In this document: in pieces, positions 46,042 to 56,085 of the stretch | How positions within the stretch are numbered: the first letter of the stretch is position 1 | Layout: each line of letters starts with the position of its first letter | IMG/VR virus record: IMGVR_UViG_3300025736_000014 | Span: 5,708 to 69,707 of that record | Direction: 5' to 3' (one strand) | Length of the DNA: 64,000 nucleotides | DNA from: a virus | Translations under genes and position numbers: made by a program | Notes under the pieces: generated by a model | Seen by the model: the letters and a program-made list of their open reading frames with translations, nothing else | Databases searched by the model: none | Told to the model about the DNA's origin: nothing

Positions 46042-46344
46042 ATGAGTAATACAATTAAAAATTACAATAAAATCGCTGTTGAACTGAGAAAACTAGAACA
46101 ATTGCGACAACAACTCAGAGAACAGAAGAAAAAACTTGTTAACTCTGAAGATTATAAGTCAGTTAAAAGACAAGAAGACAATAAGAAAAAGAAGTATTGG
46201 AATAAGGCCCATAATACTTCTGCAAAATTGTTTCGAGATATGTCTGTCGATACTGTCAATAAGATTAAGAACATAGTCTCTAACGATCAAAAGACTATGA
46301 TTGATGTTATCGTTTCTAACTTGAAACAGTATCAAGGCCGATAA
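46042..46344 (+). CDS. coiled-coil hypothetical protein
   Basis: 100 aa; same AGTGAAAAGAG leader. Confidence 0.65.
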   Translation: MSNTIKNYNKIAVELRKLEQLRQQLREQKKKLVNSEDYKSVKRQEDNKKKKYWNKAHNTSAKLFRDMSVDTVNKIKNIVSNDQKTMIDVIVSNLKQYQGR

Positions 46345-46640
46345 TTATAAATTATAAGTTAAAATCTTTGTTGATTGATTAAGTTAGTCAAGTCCTATAG
46401 TAAAAAACTCAATTTCCAAGAGTGATATTATGAAAAAATCAAACACGAAAATTCCACGAAAGATTTTCAGTGTTTTTTTTCAAAACTATTCCATGCGAAA
46501 ACAAGAGCATACAAAAACCAGATGTATAGCAAATCCATGAGTATGAGCTACCCACCTAGAAATTTGTGATTTTGCTCAGGGAGCGAGAACCTTCTTGAGC
46601 TAAATTCCAAATTATCAATTAAATCCATAAACGGTGAATT

Positions 46641-46889
46641 ATGGAATATGAAATAGATAAAAATATAATCAGAGAATCCGTCCATCTCGCTTGGGTTTCC
46701 GATACACTAAGCGAAACTCTAGTTGGAAGAACTAGAAGATGGATGGAAATAAAATATCATAAGTCTATATCCAAGCTAAAGAAGCTTGGACAACCCAAGT
46801 CAACGAGTATCCAATTACTCAGAGCCTTGGGTGTTTCAGTTCCTGAGATACATGTAAGGAAAATAAAAGTTATTAAATTACCCAAATAA
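46641..46889 (+). CDS. hypothetical protein
   Basis: 82 aa ORF. Confidence 0.55.
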   Translation: MEYEIDKNIIRESVHLAWVSDTLSETLVGRTRRWMEIKYHKSISKLKKLGQPKSTSIQLLRALGVSVPEIHVRKIKVIKLPK

Positions 46890-46891
46890 AT

Positions 46892-47098
46892 ATGTTTTAC
46901 AGATTAAGTGTTATATTACCCGATAAAACTATTGAAGAAATCGGAGAGTTTCGCACTAACAAACGCCAAGCTCTCGTATATTCCAAGCAATTACTAAGGG
47001 TAGCCCCCATTGGAATTGTGCGGATAGAAAGAAAACGAAGTTTAGACGGGAAATATCAACCTTGGATCAAGAGAAGTTTCTCGTCCAAGAAAAAATAA
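46892..47098 (+). CDS. hypothetical protein
   Basis: 68 aa ORF. Confidence 0.5.
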   Translation: MFYRLSVILPDKTIEEIGEFRTNKRQALVYSKQLLRVAPIGIVRIERKRSLDGKYQPWIKRSFSSKKK

Positions 47099-47112
47099 AG
47101 GAGGTGAAAGTT

Positions 47113-47301
47113 ATGCTAAAAACAATCAAATTAACCGAAGCAGAACAGCAATATCTTTCCGAAATACTTTTGAAGCAGATAAAAATATTAGCTGATATCT
47201 TGGATAAAAACAAAGCGGAAAAATACTTAAGGAAAATAGATAAAAACCACGCCTATACAATTTACCAAAAGATTATTAATAAAGGAGCTATTTATGGATA
47301 A
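47113..47301 (+). CDS. hypothetical protein
   Basis: AGGAGGTGA RBS before ATG 47113. Confidence 0.6.
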   Translation: MLKTIKLTEAEQQYLSEILLKQIKILADILDKNKAEKYLRKIDKNHAYTIYQKIINKGAIYG

Positions 47302-47456
47302 AAGTCCGTATAGTGATGAATCCTTGGAGTATGAGGAGGAAATTTTAGAGCTTGTGGATAACCGAGATGAATTTACTCGGAGTGATTTACAAGCTATAGT
47401 TACCGCTTTAGTCCAGAGGATAATATCAGAAACAAAGAAAAGGAGGTGAAAGTTAT

Positions 47457-47813
47457 ATGTCCAAACAGTCTACATGGGATAAAGTAATGGCTTGTAAGCC
47501 CAAAGATACTAGACATAATGGATTAGCTAATAATCTAAAACCAGATGAACTAGAAACAGTCTTAGCCACTTTAGACTTCTTTGGAGGCAATATTCAACAA
47601 GCTAGTTTTGACTTAAAAATAGCAAAATACCGAATTTTCGATTGGATAGCTATGGGAGTCCAAGGAGATAGAATGGGTAATCTCTGTGCTACTCAAGTTA
47701 TAGCTTATTCCTTCCTAAAGTGCGAAGGAGATATTGATAAGTGGATCGAAGATTTAAGAGTTAGTGATTACCAGATGGACACAGCTTGGGAGAATACCAA
47801 GTTGGGTTATTAA
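47457..47813 (+). CDS. hypothetical protein, possible HTH
   Basis: GNIQQASFDLKIAKYRI; strong RBS. Confidence 0.55.
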   Translation: MSKQSTWDKVMACKPKDTRHNGLANNLKPDELETVLATLDFFGGNIQQASFDLKIAKYRIFDWIAMGVQGDRMGNLCATQVIAYSFLKCEGDIDKWIEDLRVSDYQMDTAWENTKLGY

Positions 47814-47970
47814 AATAAATCGCAGTGGGGTAATACTCGACCCAAGTTAACAGCTTGGGTGGCGGATTAGATGTGGGAGGGACTAGATGCCCGATGATCC
47901 TTCTGATCCGTTGCCTGAGCTGTTAAAGCTCAATTAACAATTTAATATCCGTAAGGGAGGTGAAACCTTT

Positions 47971-48459
47971 ATGACAAAAGGTAAAGCCGTCCCTCGCTGG
48001 AAGTTCGAAGTTGTCGTTATAACGCTTTTAGTTATAATCCTAGCGATACTAATTCGGGTCTACAAAGTAACTTTTGATACTCACGAAATTTTATCGCCTG
48101 TTGCAACTCAGACAATAACAATTATCCGACAAGAAACTGTGGATAATATGATTTCTGAGGCAGCCGTTGAATATGGCGTTCCAAGATATGTGCTTCACTG
48201 TGTAATCTTCCATGAAAGCAACAGAGGCATTGGTCAATATGACCAAAACGCTGTTGGGGATAATGGAAAAGCAATGGGATTCGCACAATTTTGGCTTAAC
48301 ACATGGAAAGGATTTCAAAGACTAAGAAATCGACCAACGACAATCAGTAGAACAAATCCAAGGGAGTCTATTGATGCTCTTGCTTGGGCAATCGCCAATG
48401 GCAGGGGAACTCATAACTGGACTCCAATCAGCGATGGACGATGTCCACTCAGCTACTGA
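47971..48459 (+). CDS. membrane-anchored lytic transglycosylase-like protein (SLT/lysozyme fold)
   Basis: N-terminal TM helix, VIFHES catalytic Glu, AMGFAQF. Confidence 0.75.
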   Translation: MTKGKAVPRWKFEVVVITLLVIILAILIRVYKVTFDTHEILSPVATQTITIIRQETVDNMISEAAVEYGVPRYVLHCVIFHESNRGIGQYDQNAVGDNGKAMGFAQFWLNTWKGFQRLRNRPTTISRTNPRESIDALAWAIANGRGTHNWTPISDGRCPLSY

Positions 48460-48536
48460 GTGTGGGGAGAGATTAATTTCTCTCCCTTACTGAATAGCTA
48501 AGTAAAAATTATAACCACGAAAGGTGGTGGAAAATT

Positions 48537-48737
48537 ATGGCAGAAAAACAATACTGCTTTGAAGTTAACATAAAGTGGGTTCATATTCTATCCGCTAAAA
48601 ATCTTAAAAAAGCAAGGAAAGCTGTAAAAGATATTTTCCGTGAAACTTACAATTTTACACCCGAAGACAAGGAAATTATCCATGTTAAAAAACTTAGTGA
48701 TTTGGATGATGATTTGTGTATTGAATCCAAAGCTTAA
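48537..48737 (+). CDS. hypothetical protein
   Basis: 66 aa with RBS. Confidence 0.55.
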   Translation: MAEKQYCFEVNIKWVHILSAKNLKKARKAVKDIFRETYNFTPEDKEIIHVKKLSDLDDDLCIESKA

Positions 48738-48813
48738 GATTTGTTAGGGTAACTGAAATTATCGGTTACCTAATAGAAATCTTAATTATTACCAATAAAG
48801 GAGGTGAAAAGTT

Positions 48814-49191
48814 ATGAAACCGTTATATTATAAGCGTGATGGAACTCCCTATACTAGCAAATGGGCTACTAGACGCTGGGCAAAAGACTATGAAAATAAA
48901 AAACTCCGAGAAGTCAAGCAGGAAACTCTGAAAAACGGGTTGTATATATCAACCGTTTGGCTCGGACTAGATCATAGTCATGGACTTGGAAAACCTCTTA
49001 TATTTGAAACTATGGTATTTGAACATAAAAGAGGAAAGGGGTTATCTAGTCTAGGAAAAAGCTTAGATCAGCAAAGATGGTCAACCGTAGCTGAAGCCTT
49101 TGCTGGACACTATCTTATGATTAAGAAGTGGAGCAGTTTCCGAGGATTAAAACCTTTTAGAAAATACTTTGCCAATAAGGGGGTGAAATAA
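48814..49191 (+). CDS. conserved phage protein
   Basis: ISTVWLGLDH..PLIFETMVF motif. Confidence 0.6.
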   Translation: MKPLYYKRDGTPYTSKWATRRWAKDYENKKLREVKQETLKNGLYISTVWLGLDHSHGLGKPLIFETMVFEHKRGKGLSSLGKSLDQQRWSTVAEAFAGHYLMIKKWSSFRGLKPFRKYFANKGVK

Positions 49192-49193
49192 AT

Positions 49194-49457
49194 ATGCTAT
49201 CCATAATCGAAGTCGACGATTTTTTAAGGCGACTTGGAAGCAAGGAAGGATGTAATTTCCGTGTAGATAAAAGAGGAGAAAACATCTGGAATTGCGAAAA
49301 CGATCACAAATACGCCAAAGCTATCTTGAAAAAGATGGGCGTTTCCAAAGCTAATGTTAAAAAGCTTTTAGGAATAGCCAAAGCTAACGGTGGACATTGT
49401 GATTGTGAGATATTATTTAATGCGGAGGATGCTTTATATGATAAAGCGACCAATTAG
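49194..49457 (+). CDS. DUF2695-like protein
   Basis: GGHCDCEIL. Confidence 0.6.
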   Translation: MLSIIEVDDFLRRLGSKEGCNFRVDKRGENIWNCENDHKYAKAILKKMGVSKANVKKLLGIAKANGGHCDCEILFNAEDALYDKATN

Positions 49458-49675
49458 AACGCAGATTTCTCTCTTTCCTCTTAAGATGCTTGGATGGAGG
49501 GAAATCGGAAAGTTTGGGAAAGGAACAATCTTTTCCAGAGGTAAAAAGAAAAGAGTCGTTGGAAGATACGGCTTTAATTTTACCATGAGCAAATCTTAGA
49601 ATTTGTGCGGTTGGTTGAGTTAATCTTGACCAACTAGCAGAAATCCTAAATTAAACCTTAAAGGAGGTGAAAAAT

Positions 49676-49915
49676 ATGACAGCCAGAAAATTAACTTGGT
49701 TGTGCTTTATAGTTGGCATGTTTATGCTTTGGAAAACAACACATAACTGGACAGCTATGTTTTGGGCTTGGATAGCATCTCTTAACTTTACTTTTCCAAA
49801 TGATAATGTCCAAAAGGAATGGGAAAAATTAAAAGTTGAGTGGAAAGAACTTGTAAAGCAAGCCCATAAAGCTAAAAGAGCTAAGGAAGCATATAAGAAA
49901 GCTAAGTCCAAATAA
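49676..49915 (+). CDS. membrane protein with C-terminal coiled coil
   Basis: two hydrophobic segments; AGGAGGTGA RBS. Confidence 0.55.
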   Translation: MTARKLTWLCFIVGMFMLWKTTHNWTAMFWAWIASLNFTFPNDNVQKEWEKLKVEWKELVKQAHKAKRAKEAYKKAKSK

Positions 49916-49984
49916 AGAGATTTGCCCATCGAAAGGTGGGCAAACCTAATTAGTTGGAGTCAAACTGTGATTTATTTCACCCTA

Positions 49985-50013
49985 TTGACTTATAAGCTAT
50001 ACTATGATATAAT
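49985..50013 (+). promoter_or_regulatory. sigma70 promoter
   Basis: TTGACT-N17-TATAAT. Confidence 0.8.
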
Positions 50014-50072
50014 AAGATATATTAACCAGTTAAATAGTGGAGAATAATATCTATTACTCCACGCTTGTTATG

Positions 50073-50110
50073 TCCACTTAGTAATTCCTACTCTAAGTGG
50101 AGTTTTTATT
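50073..50110 (+). terminator. terminator-like hairpin about 55 nt after the promoter
   Basis: TCCACTTAG/CTAAGTGGA followed by GTTTTTATT. Confidence 0.6.
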
Positions 50111-50126
50111 AAGGAGGTGAATAGTT

Positions 50127-50474
50127 ATGAAAAAGATAAATCTTAGAGAACATAAATTCTGGGTTAAAAAAACTCAGTTAGATTTATTCTGGGGCAACCG
50201 TATTGTTTGTTTTGTTGAATTCCCTGGAGAGATGAAAGTTGATAATGTTGTTAGGGAGCTTTTTTGGGCTAAAAGTTGGGAGGTTGTAGAAATGTATGAT
50301 GGTCTAAAAGTTAGGTGTCATGTTAAACCTTGGCATTGGAAAGAATTTATCAAAGTTAATAAGGGAAGGTTTTTAAGACATAAGTGTTTGGTTGGTGGAA
50401 CTAAAAAAGAACCAAATATTGTATTTGAAGTAAGGGAGAGTCCAAATTGTAGTTCCCTTTATCACTTTAATTAA
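50127..50474 (+). CDS. hypothetical protein
   Basis: 115 aa, AAGGAGGTGA RBS. Confidence 0.6.
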   Translation: MKKINLREHKFWVKKTQLDLFWGNRIVCFVEFPGEMKVDNVVRELFWAKSWEVVEMYDGLKVRCHVKPWHWKEFIKVNKGRFLRHKCLVGGTKKEPNIVFEVRESPNCSSLYHFN

Positions 50475-50518
50475 ATAAATAATAAAAATACCGTATTTAT
50501 AAAGGAGGTGAACATATT

Positions 50519-50884
50519 ATGGAGAAAAATTATATAGAGCTAACTATCAAAACACCAGACGGAGATATCCAAAGAAGGAAAGTCCGAGGGTTGGTTTATA
50601 TTGCACAGTCGATTAAAAATTCCGACGCAACCATGTGTGGAACAGTTGGCACGGGAGGTAATCTAGCAAAAACAATGTCTCAATTAGATGGAGCCGTCAG
50701 GAGATTAAAGAAAAGATTTATAGAACAGTTCGTAAACCAACATCCTAAAGTAGCAGAAAAAGTAGCAGAAGATATGAAGGATTTTATTTCTAGTCTTAGT
50801 TCAAAAAACCCAGAGATGGGTAAAAAACTGTCAGCACTTGCTAGAAGCAGTCGTCCGCTTACTCGACAGAAAGTTGTTAATTAA
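50519..50884 (+). CDS. hypothetical protein
   Basis: 121 aa, AAGGAGGTGA RBS. Confidence 0.6.
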   Translation: MEKNYIELTIKTPDGDIQRRKVRGLVYIAQSIKNSDATMCGTVGTGGNLAKTMSQLDGAVRRLKKRFIEQFVNQHPKVAEKVAEDMKDFISSLSSKNPEMGKKLSALARSSRPLTRQKVVN

Positions 50885-50964
50885 GTTTTGACTTCATGGG
50901 TTAATTTACCCATGAGGCTAATACTCAATATAAAAATAAACCCTTGAGAGGGGGTGAAAAAATA

Positions 50965-52098
50965 ATGGAAAAAACAAACAAAAAGAAGTTTTCCTATGGC
51001 GGACATAAGATAGATATCCTCTATCAGAAATCCAGCCTTATTCCAACTGAAGCTTTTGATATAAAGCTACCCAGTGCTGATAAGGAAGCCATTGCGATTG
51101 CTATGGTAAAAGATCTTCCAGCCCTATTCGTAGGTGAAGCTGGTACAGGAAAAACTTCTATTGTCCGATATTTAGCTTATAAACGAAAACAGGGATATAC
51201 CCGTATCAATATGCATGGTTATAACACTCCAGATGAATTGATTGGCTCTAAGTCAGTCAAGAACGGCTCTACTTACTACGAGCAGGGGATTTTAACCGAT
51301 GCTATGATTAGAGGACATATGGTTGTGTTGGATGAGATTAACGCTACTCCACCCGATTGTATGTTTATTCTTCATGGCTTATTGGACGAAGATAAAAGAA
51401 TATCTTTACCAAACGGTGATATTATAAGACCGCATAAAGACTTTCGGTTTTTTGCCACTATGAACCCCGACTACGAGGGGACTAGAGGATTAAACCGAGC
51501 GTTCTTAGATAGGTTCGCTGTTGTTTTGGACATTGAAGTATTGAAACCTGCCAAAGAAAGAAAATTGCTTAAAAGCAGATTGGGTATCAATGAAGAACTA
51601 ATTGAAAAGATGGTAACTGTTGCTTGGATGGCTAGAAAAGCCTACAACGAGCAGAAAACCATGCTTTGTATTTCTACTAGAACCCTACTTCACTGGGGGA
51701 ATTTGATTCTTAACGGAATTTCTCCAGAAGTTGCTTATGTTAAAGCAATCGCTAACAAATCCAGAAAGGATGAGAGGCTAGCTTTTACAGATTTCTACCA
51801 TGCTGTGTTTAAGTCCGCTGCAGATAGCGTGGATAATGATACTCCCATACTAACAACTAAGGGAGAGATCAAAAGATTGGAACAACAAGCTACGAATTTC
51901 AGAGAAAGCTATGAAAAGAAAGTGGAAGACCTGGAAAAAATACAGGAACAAATCTATAAGGTAGAATCCAAGCTTAAAAGATCAGTTACTAAGATAACCC
52001 ATAACAAACTACGAAGGGAAAAGGTAAAGTTAGAAATCAAATTAAGAGTAGAGAAGAGACGGGTTAGAAAATTAGAGAGAGTACCGAAAAAGTCTTAA
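50965..52098 (+). CDS. MoxR/CbbQ/CobS-like AAA+ ATPase
   Basis: GEAGTGKT, VVLDEIN, ATMNP, LNRAFLDRF; C-terminal coiled coil. Confidence 0.9.
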   Translation: MEKTNKKKFSYGGHKIDILYQKSSLIPTEAFDIKLPSADKEAIAIAMVKDLPALFVGEAGTGKTSIVRYLAYKRKQGYTRINMHGYNTPDELIGSKSVKNGSTYYEQGILTDAMIRGHMVVLDEINATPPDCMFILHGLLDEDKRISLPNGDIIRPHKDFRFFATMNPDYEGTRGLNRAFLDRFAVVLDIEVLKPAKERKLLKSRLGINEELIEKMVTVAWMARKAYNEQKTMLCISTRTLLHWGNLILNGISPEVAYVKAIANKSRKDERLAFTDFYHAVFKSAADSVDNDTPILTTKGEIKRLEQQATNFRESYEKKVEDLEKIQEQIYKVESKLKRSVTKITHNKLRREKVKLEIKLRVEKRRVRKLERVPKKS

Positions 52099-52165
52099 GT
52101 CTTGAGGTATGGCGGGTGGATGCCCGCCTTCCTGAATACTTAATTATAAATTAAAGGATACATAT

Positions 52166-53725
52166 ATGGATGCTACCCAACAATATATAGAAGCCTTAAC
52201 AGTAGGTTTATCCAGTCAAACTGGTATAAAAATTAAATCTGGTGATAACTGGTCAGCTAACGTTAAGGATAAAGTGCTAGTATATAACTTAGGACACTTA
52301 ACTAGCTTACCTTTTGGAGTAGTCCGTGGTCTACTTCTACATGAAATTGGACACTTATTATATTCAAAATCTATAAAAAGATCCCCTGCTGTTAAAAAGT
52401 ACGGTGGAAAGATGATGGAATTATATAATCCACTAGAAGATATCAGGATTGAAAGAAAATTAGGGAATGATTATGTATATTATGCCCAAGAGCCTATTAA
52501 CGAGATGAATTTCTGGGGTATTCAAAACCTTCTTAATCAATATAATAAAGATTTTACAAAATTACCCAAAATAAGACAGTTTTCCTTCATCTGCTTATTT
52601 AGTATAGCTTCCTCCAGAGATGACTTTACTAGAAGGTACCTTGTTGGGTATGGAGCAGAGTGGGCAAAAAGATGCCAATATGGATTTAAGTTTGATAAGA
52701 AAGTTACAGATAAATTCAAAAATCATCATGTAGCAATCAGCGATATTCTCTGGGAATGTGAACGGCTTAATAGTATAAGTAAACTCCAAGAACTCATAGA
52801 CACTAGATTATTACCTCTGGTTAAAGACTTGTTTGATGACAAGGGTAAGGGCAAGAAATCAAAATCAAACAATAAGAAAAGTGGTCAGAGTAGTAAGGGT
52901 AGAGGTGGTCAGGGTAATAGTAATAAAAAAGATAAGGATAAGAAACAACGAGGAAAACAATCTAATGCCAGTTTATCGGATGCCAGTAAAGGCAATAAAT
53001 TCGGACTACGACCTACTAAGAACAAAAGACCAATAAAATCCCGCCCCACAGAGTCAGAAGCAACAGCTCTTATGTATCCATATGCTGTCACTCTGGCTCA
53101 AAGATTAAGGGATATTCTTAAGGAACAATCAGCTCTCCGTTGGAGAGGACAACATCTGAGTGGAAAATTATTAGGCAAAGATACCTATAAAGTTTGTATT
53201 CCTAAAGCAAAAAGAATATTTAGCAAGAAAACAACGCCAGATGCTCCCGATTACGATATGTATATGGCTATAGACAGTAGTGGATCTATGAATGGAGAAA
53301 GATCCGTTCATGCTTTTATGTCTGCTTGTTTATTGAAAAAAACCTGCCAAATATTAGGTTTTGACTTGAAATTATATAAATTTAGTATTGATTGTGATAA
53401 ATTGGACACGCTAGATGATTATAATTCAACTGGAGACGGTACGGTTGATGGTAGTGCTTTTGAAGCGATTAGTAAAGATATGAGCGACAAACCAAGTATA
53501 GTATTTATCGTTACTGATGGAGAAACATCAAAAACGTTTGGAGATCGTAATAGCTATATAAAAGATATTAAGAAAAAAGGTGGGACTATTTATGGTATTG
53601 GTATTGGCTCTGATATTAGCGAGTCAACCATGAGAACGAACTATGAAAATCCTGTTTTAATAAATAAATCTGAAAACCTGCCAAGAGAAATAATATCAAT
53701 TATGAGGAAAATAATTAAAAGATAG
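52166..53725 (+). CDS. CobT-like VWA protein, partner of the AAA+ ATPase
   Basis: HEIGH, NPLEDIRIE, S/K/G linker, DSSGSM, GT, TDG. Confidence 0.85.
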   Translation: MDATQQYIEALTVGLSSQTGIKIKSGDNWSANVKDKVLVYNLGHLTSLPFGVVRGLLLHEIGHLLYSKSIKRSPAVKKYGGKMMELYNPLEDIRIERKLGNDYVYYAQEPINEMNFWGIQNLLNQYNKDFTKLPKIRQFSFICLFSIASSRDDFTRRYLVGYGAEWAKRCQYGFKFDKKVTDKFKNHHVAISDILWECERLNSISKLQELIDTRLLPLVKDLFDDKGKGKKSKSNNKKSGQSSKGRGGQGNSNKKDKDKKQRGKQSNASLSDASKGNKFGLRPTKNKRPIKSRPTESEATALMYPYAVTLAQRLRDILKEQSALRWRGQHLSGKLLGKDTYKVCIPKAKRIFSKKTTPDAPDYDMYMAIDSSGSMNGERSVHAFMSACLLKKTCQILGFDLKLYKFSIDCDKLDTLDDYNSTGDGTVDGSAFEAISKDMSDKPSIVFIVTDGETSKTFGDRNSYIKDIKKKGGTIYGIGIGSDISESTMRTNYENPVLINKSENLPREIISIMRKIIKR

Positions 53726-53741
53726 AAAGGAGGTGAAAACC

Positions 53742-54341
53742 ATGCATTATAGACTAATAGTAACTATAGATAAAAGACACGCTCAAACATCCAAAAAGGC
53801 TCGTGAATATGTAAATAATCAGCTATCTGATGATAGTAGCTTTTGTGGTGAAGGCGGGAGGTTTTCTTCCCCGATAGCTGACTGGTTTCTGATTGGTGGG
53901 CGTTGGTCTGGTGAATTATCAAACAAAACATGGGCAAAGGGTGTTGTAAAGAAAATTACAGCACTTGAAAAAGATAAAGATATCCGAGTCGCTGGTGTCC
54001 ACTATGGTGATGACAAAAAGAAAAAAGAACAAGCCAAAGTTAAAGATATGGAAGAGGCGATGTATAAAGCAGCCACACCAAAGAAATATAAGAATAAAGG
54101 TTTATGCTGGGATAGAGATTCATATAATCAGACGGGATATGAAGATGACGCTATGATCGTTGATGAGGAATTATACAAAGCCTTCTTGAAAGGATGGGAG
54201 GGCGAAGATAGTGGTTATGACAAGAAAGAATATGATAACCACTCATGGAAAGAATTACACTTTGTTGACCTAGATGGTGATTGTGTAGATAAAGACATGA
54301 TTGGTAAGAAGTGGATAGTCGTAGTGGACTATCATACATAA
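53742..54341 (+). CDS. conserved phage protein
   Basis: DWFLIGGRWSG..VVVDYH motif. Confidence 0.6.
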   Translation: MHYRLIVTIDKRHAQTSKKAREYVNNQLSDDSSFCGEGGRFSSPIADWFLIGGRWSGELSNKTWAKGVVKKITALEKDKDIRVAGVHYGDDKKKKEQAKVKDMEEAMYKAATPKKYKNKGLCWDRDSYNQTGYEDDAMIVDEELYKAFLKGWEGEDSGYDKKEYDNHSWKELHFVDLDGDCVDKDMIGKKWIVVVDYHT

Positions 54342-54420
54342 TTGATTATCGCTCATAGATAACTGCTTCTGTTCCTAGTGATCGCTGGGAACAGGGCTCA
54401 GTTATTTAAGAAAGGAAAAT

Positions 54421-54819
54421 ATGATTGAAGTAAAAAAAGCTGAGGATGCCATTAAGTTGGCTAAGCATAAAATAAGAAGTTGGGATAAAGAACATCTTAT
54501 TGGTCTATATCTCGATTCAAAAAACAACCTCAAACATTCTGAGTTAATTAGTATGGGCTTATTAGATAGCACACTGTTAGCACCCAGAGAAATACTACAG
54601 CCAGCAATCCTGTATAGCTCGGCTGGTTTTGTGTTGTTACATAATCACCCAAGTGGTGATGTTAAACCATCTAAAGAGGACATAGCAGAAACTTTAAGAA
54701 TAGAAAAAGCCTCTAAGATCATGGGAATTTTGTTTATCGACCATATTATATTCTCTAAGGGTAAAATTTATTACTCTATGAGGGCAAATAAAAAGATGAA
54801 GGGAGGTGAAAAGCTATGA
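54421..54819 (+). CDS. radC: RadC-like JAB domain protein
   Basis: KEH..YLD, PREI, HNHPSGD..PSKED, DHII. Confidence 0.9.
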   Translation: MIEVKKAEDAIKLAKHKIRSWDKEHLIGLYLDSKNNLKHSELISMGLLDSTLLAPREILQPAILYSSAGFVLLHNHPSGDVKPSKEDIAETLRIEKASKIMGILFIDHIIFSKGKIYYSMRANKKMKGGEKL

Positions 54820-55193
54820 GTAAGGAAAAATTACCGCTTAATAAGTGGATAAAAGTCGGCATGTGTCCTGTTGATAGCGGACAAATCATGTTAGTCGATC
54901 CATGCTATGTATTAGCAGATGGAAAAGCTAAAGGTTATAGCTATAAGAAACTAATTGACCAGTGGGATTACGCTACTAAGGACATTGTTAAAAGTAAAGT
55001 ACTTAATCCAATCTTTTCTGGTATAGCAGGAGAGGGCGTTGTGGTTAGTAGCGGATTAGGAGACGGATGCTACGCTGTTTATGCCAAATTTACTGATATT
55101 GGTGACGGAGATATTCGTATAGCCGAAGTAAAAATTAAGTTCTTACCCCATTCTTTATTGGGTAATGATTTATCAAAGCTAGGAGGTGTATGA
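54816..55193 (+). CDS. DUF4241-like protein
   Basis: VDSGQ..DPCY..SSGLGDGCY. Confidence 0.55.
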   Translation: MSKEKLPLNKWIKVGMCPVDSGQIMLVDPCYVLADGKAKGYSYKKLIDQWDYATKDIVKSKVLNPIFSGIAGEGVVVSSGLGDGCYAVYAKFTDIGDGDIRIAEVKIKFLPHSLLGNDLSKLGGV

Positions 55194-55399
55194 CCGATAC
55201 ACAGTTAAAAAATATCGTGGCGTTTTGTGCCTTGATGGAAAACGGTAGCGGGATCTCAGGTAAATCCCCTAGCTATATCGAGGAAAAATTCAAACGCTAC
55301 TGCTTATCTGACCAAGATGAAACCAAGTGGGGATTAGATGGAATCCGTCAAGTCATAGTTATTGCTTGGGAAATAAGATGGTTAAAAAATAAAAAGTGA
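55190..55399 (+). CDS. hypothetical protein
   Basis: 69 aa, AGGAGGTG RBS. Confidence 0.55.
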   Translation: MTDTQLKNIVAFCALMENGSGISGKSPSYIEEKFKRYCLSDQDETKWGLDGIRQVIVIAWEIRWLKNKK

Positions 55400-55431
55400 A
55401 GACATCTTCACACAAAGGAGGTGAATAAAAT

Positions 55432-56085
55432 ATGGGACAATATTATAAACCTGTCAGTTTAGATAAAAAAGAATATCTATACACCCATGATTTTAAGACT
55501 AAACATACCAGAGATGATGGAAAAACATTCATAACTGGAGAAGGATTAAAACTAATGGAACATAGCTATATCGGGAATAAAATTATGAACGCTGTTGAAA
55601 ATCTAATTATTCCTGGCGGTAGCTGGTGTTTTACCAGACTCGTTTGGGCTGGGGACTATGCTGATAATGAAAAAGATACAGAAGACAACATCAATTCAAT
55701 TATGGAGGAAAAAGGTAAACAAATAAAACCGTCTACTAAAAAAGTTGATAAAGCGTATCGCTATCTACACAACCACACCAAGAAATTAGTGATCGACTTA
55801 TCGAAAATAAAAGACATTGAGGGTGAAAAGGATTTTAAGATACACCCCCTATCTTTGCTGGTATGTGAGGGTAACGGTAGAGGTGGTGGTGACTTCCGTG
55901 GCAAAGATCCACGAATAGGAGTCTGGGCTAGAAGTGTTATTTCTTTGGAGAAAACTGTCTTAGCTGGTTATAAACTAATAGATGGTAACTTCTCAGAACA
56001 AAGAGAAGCTAAAGGAATTACTATGAAAAGCGGAAAAGCAAGTACTTTGAAGCCAGACATGGTAATCGGACTGAAAAATAGTTAG
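55432..56085 (+). CDS. conserved phage protein
   Basis: MGQYY..KLMEHSY..WAGDY..HPL..GRGGGD. Confidence 0.65.
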   Translation: MGQYYKPVSLDKKEYLYTHDFKTKHTRDDGKTFITGEGLKLMEHSYIGNKIMNAVENLIIPGGSWCFTRLVWAGDYADNEKDTEDNINSIMEEKGKQIKPSTKKVDKAYRYLHNHTKKLVIDLSKIKDIEGEKDFKIHPLSLLVCEGNGRGGGDFRGKDPRIGVWARSVISLEKTVLAGYKLIDGNFSEQREAKGITMKSGKASTLKPDMVIGLKNS

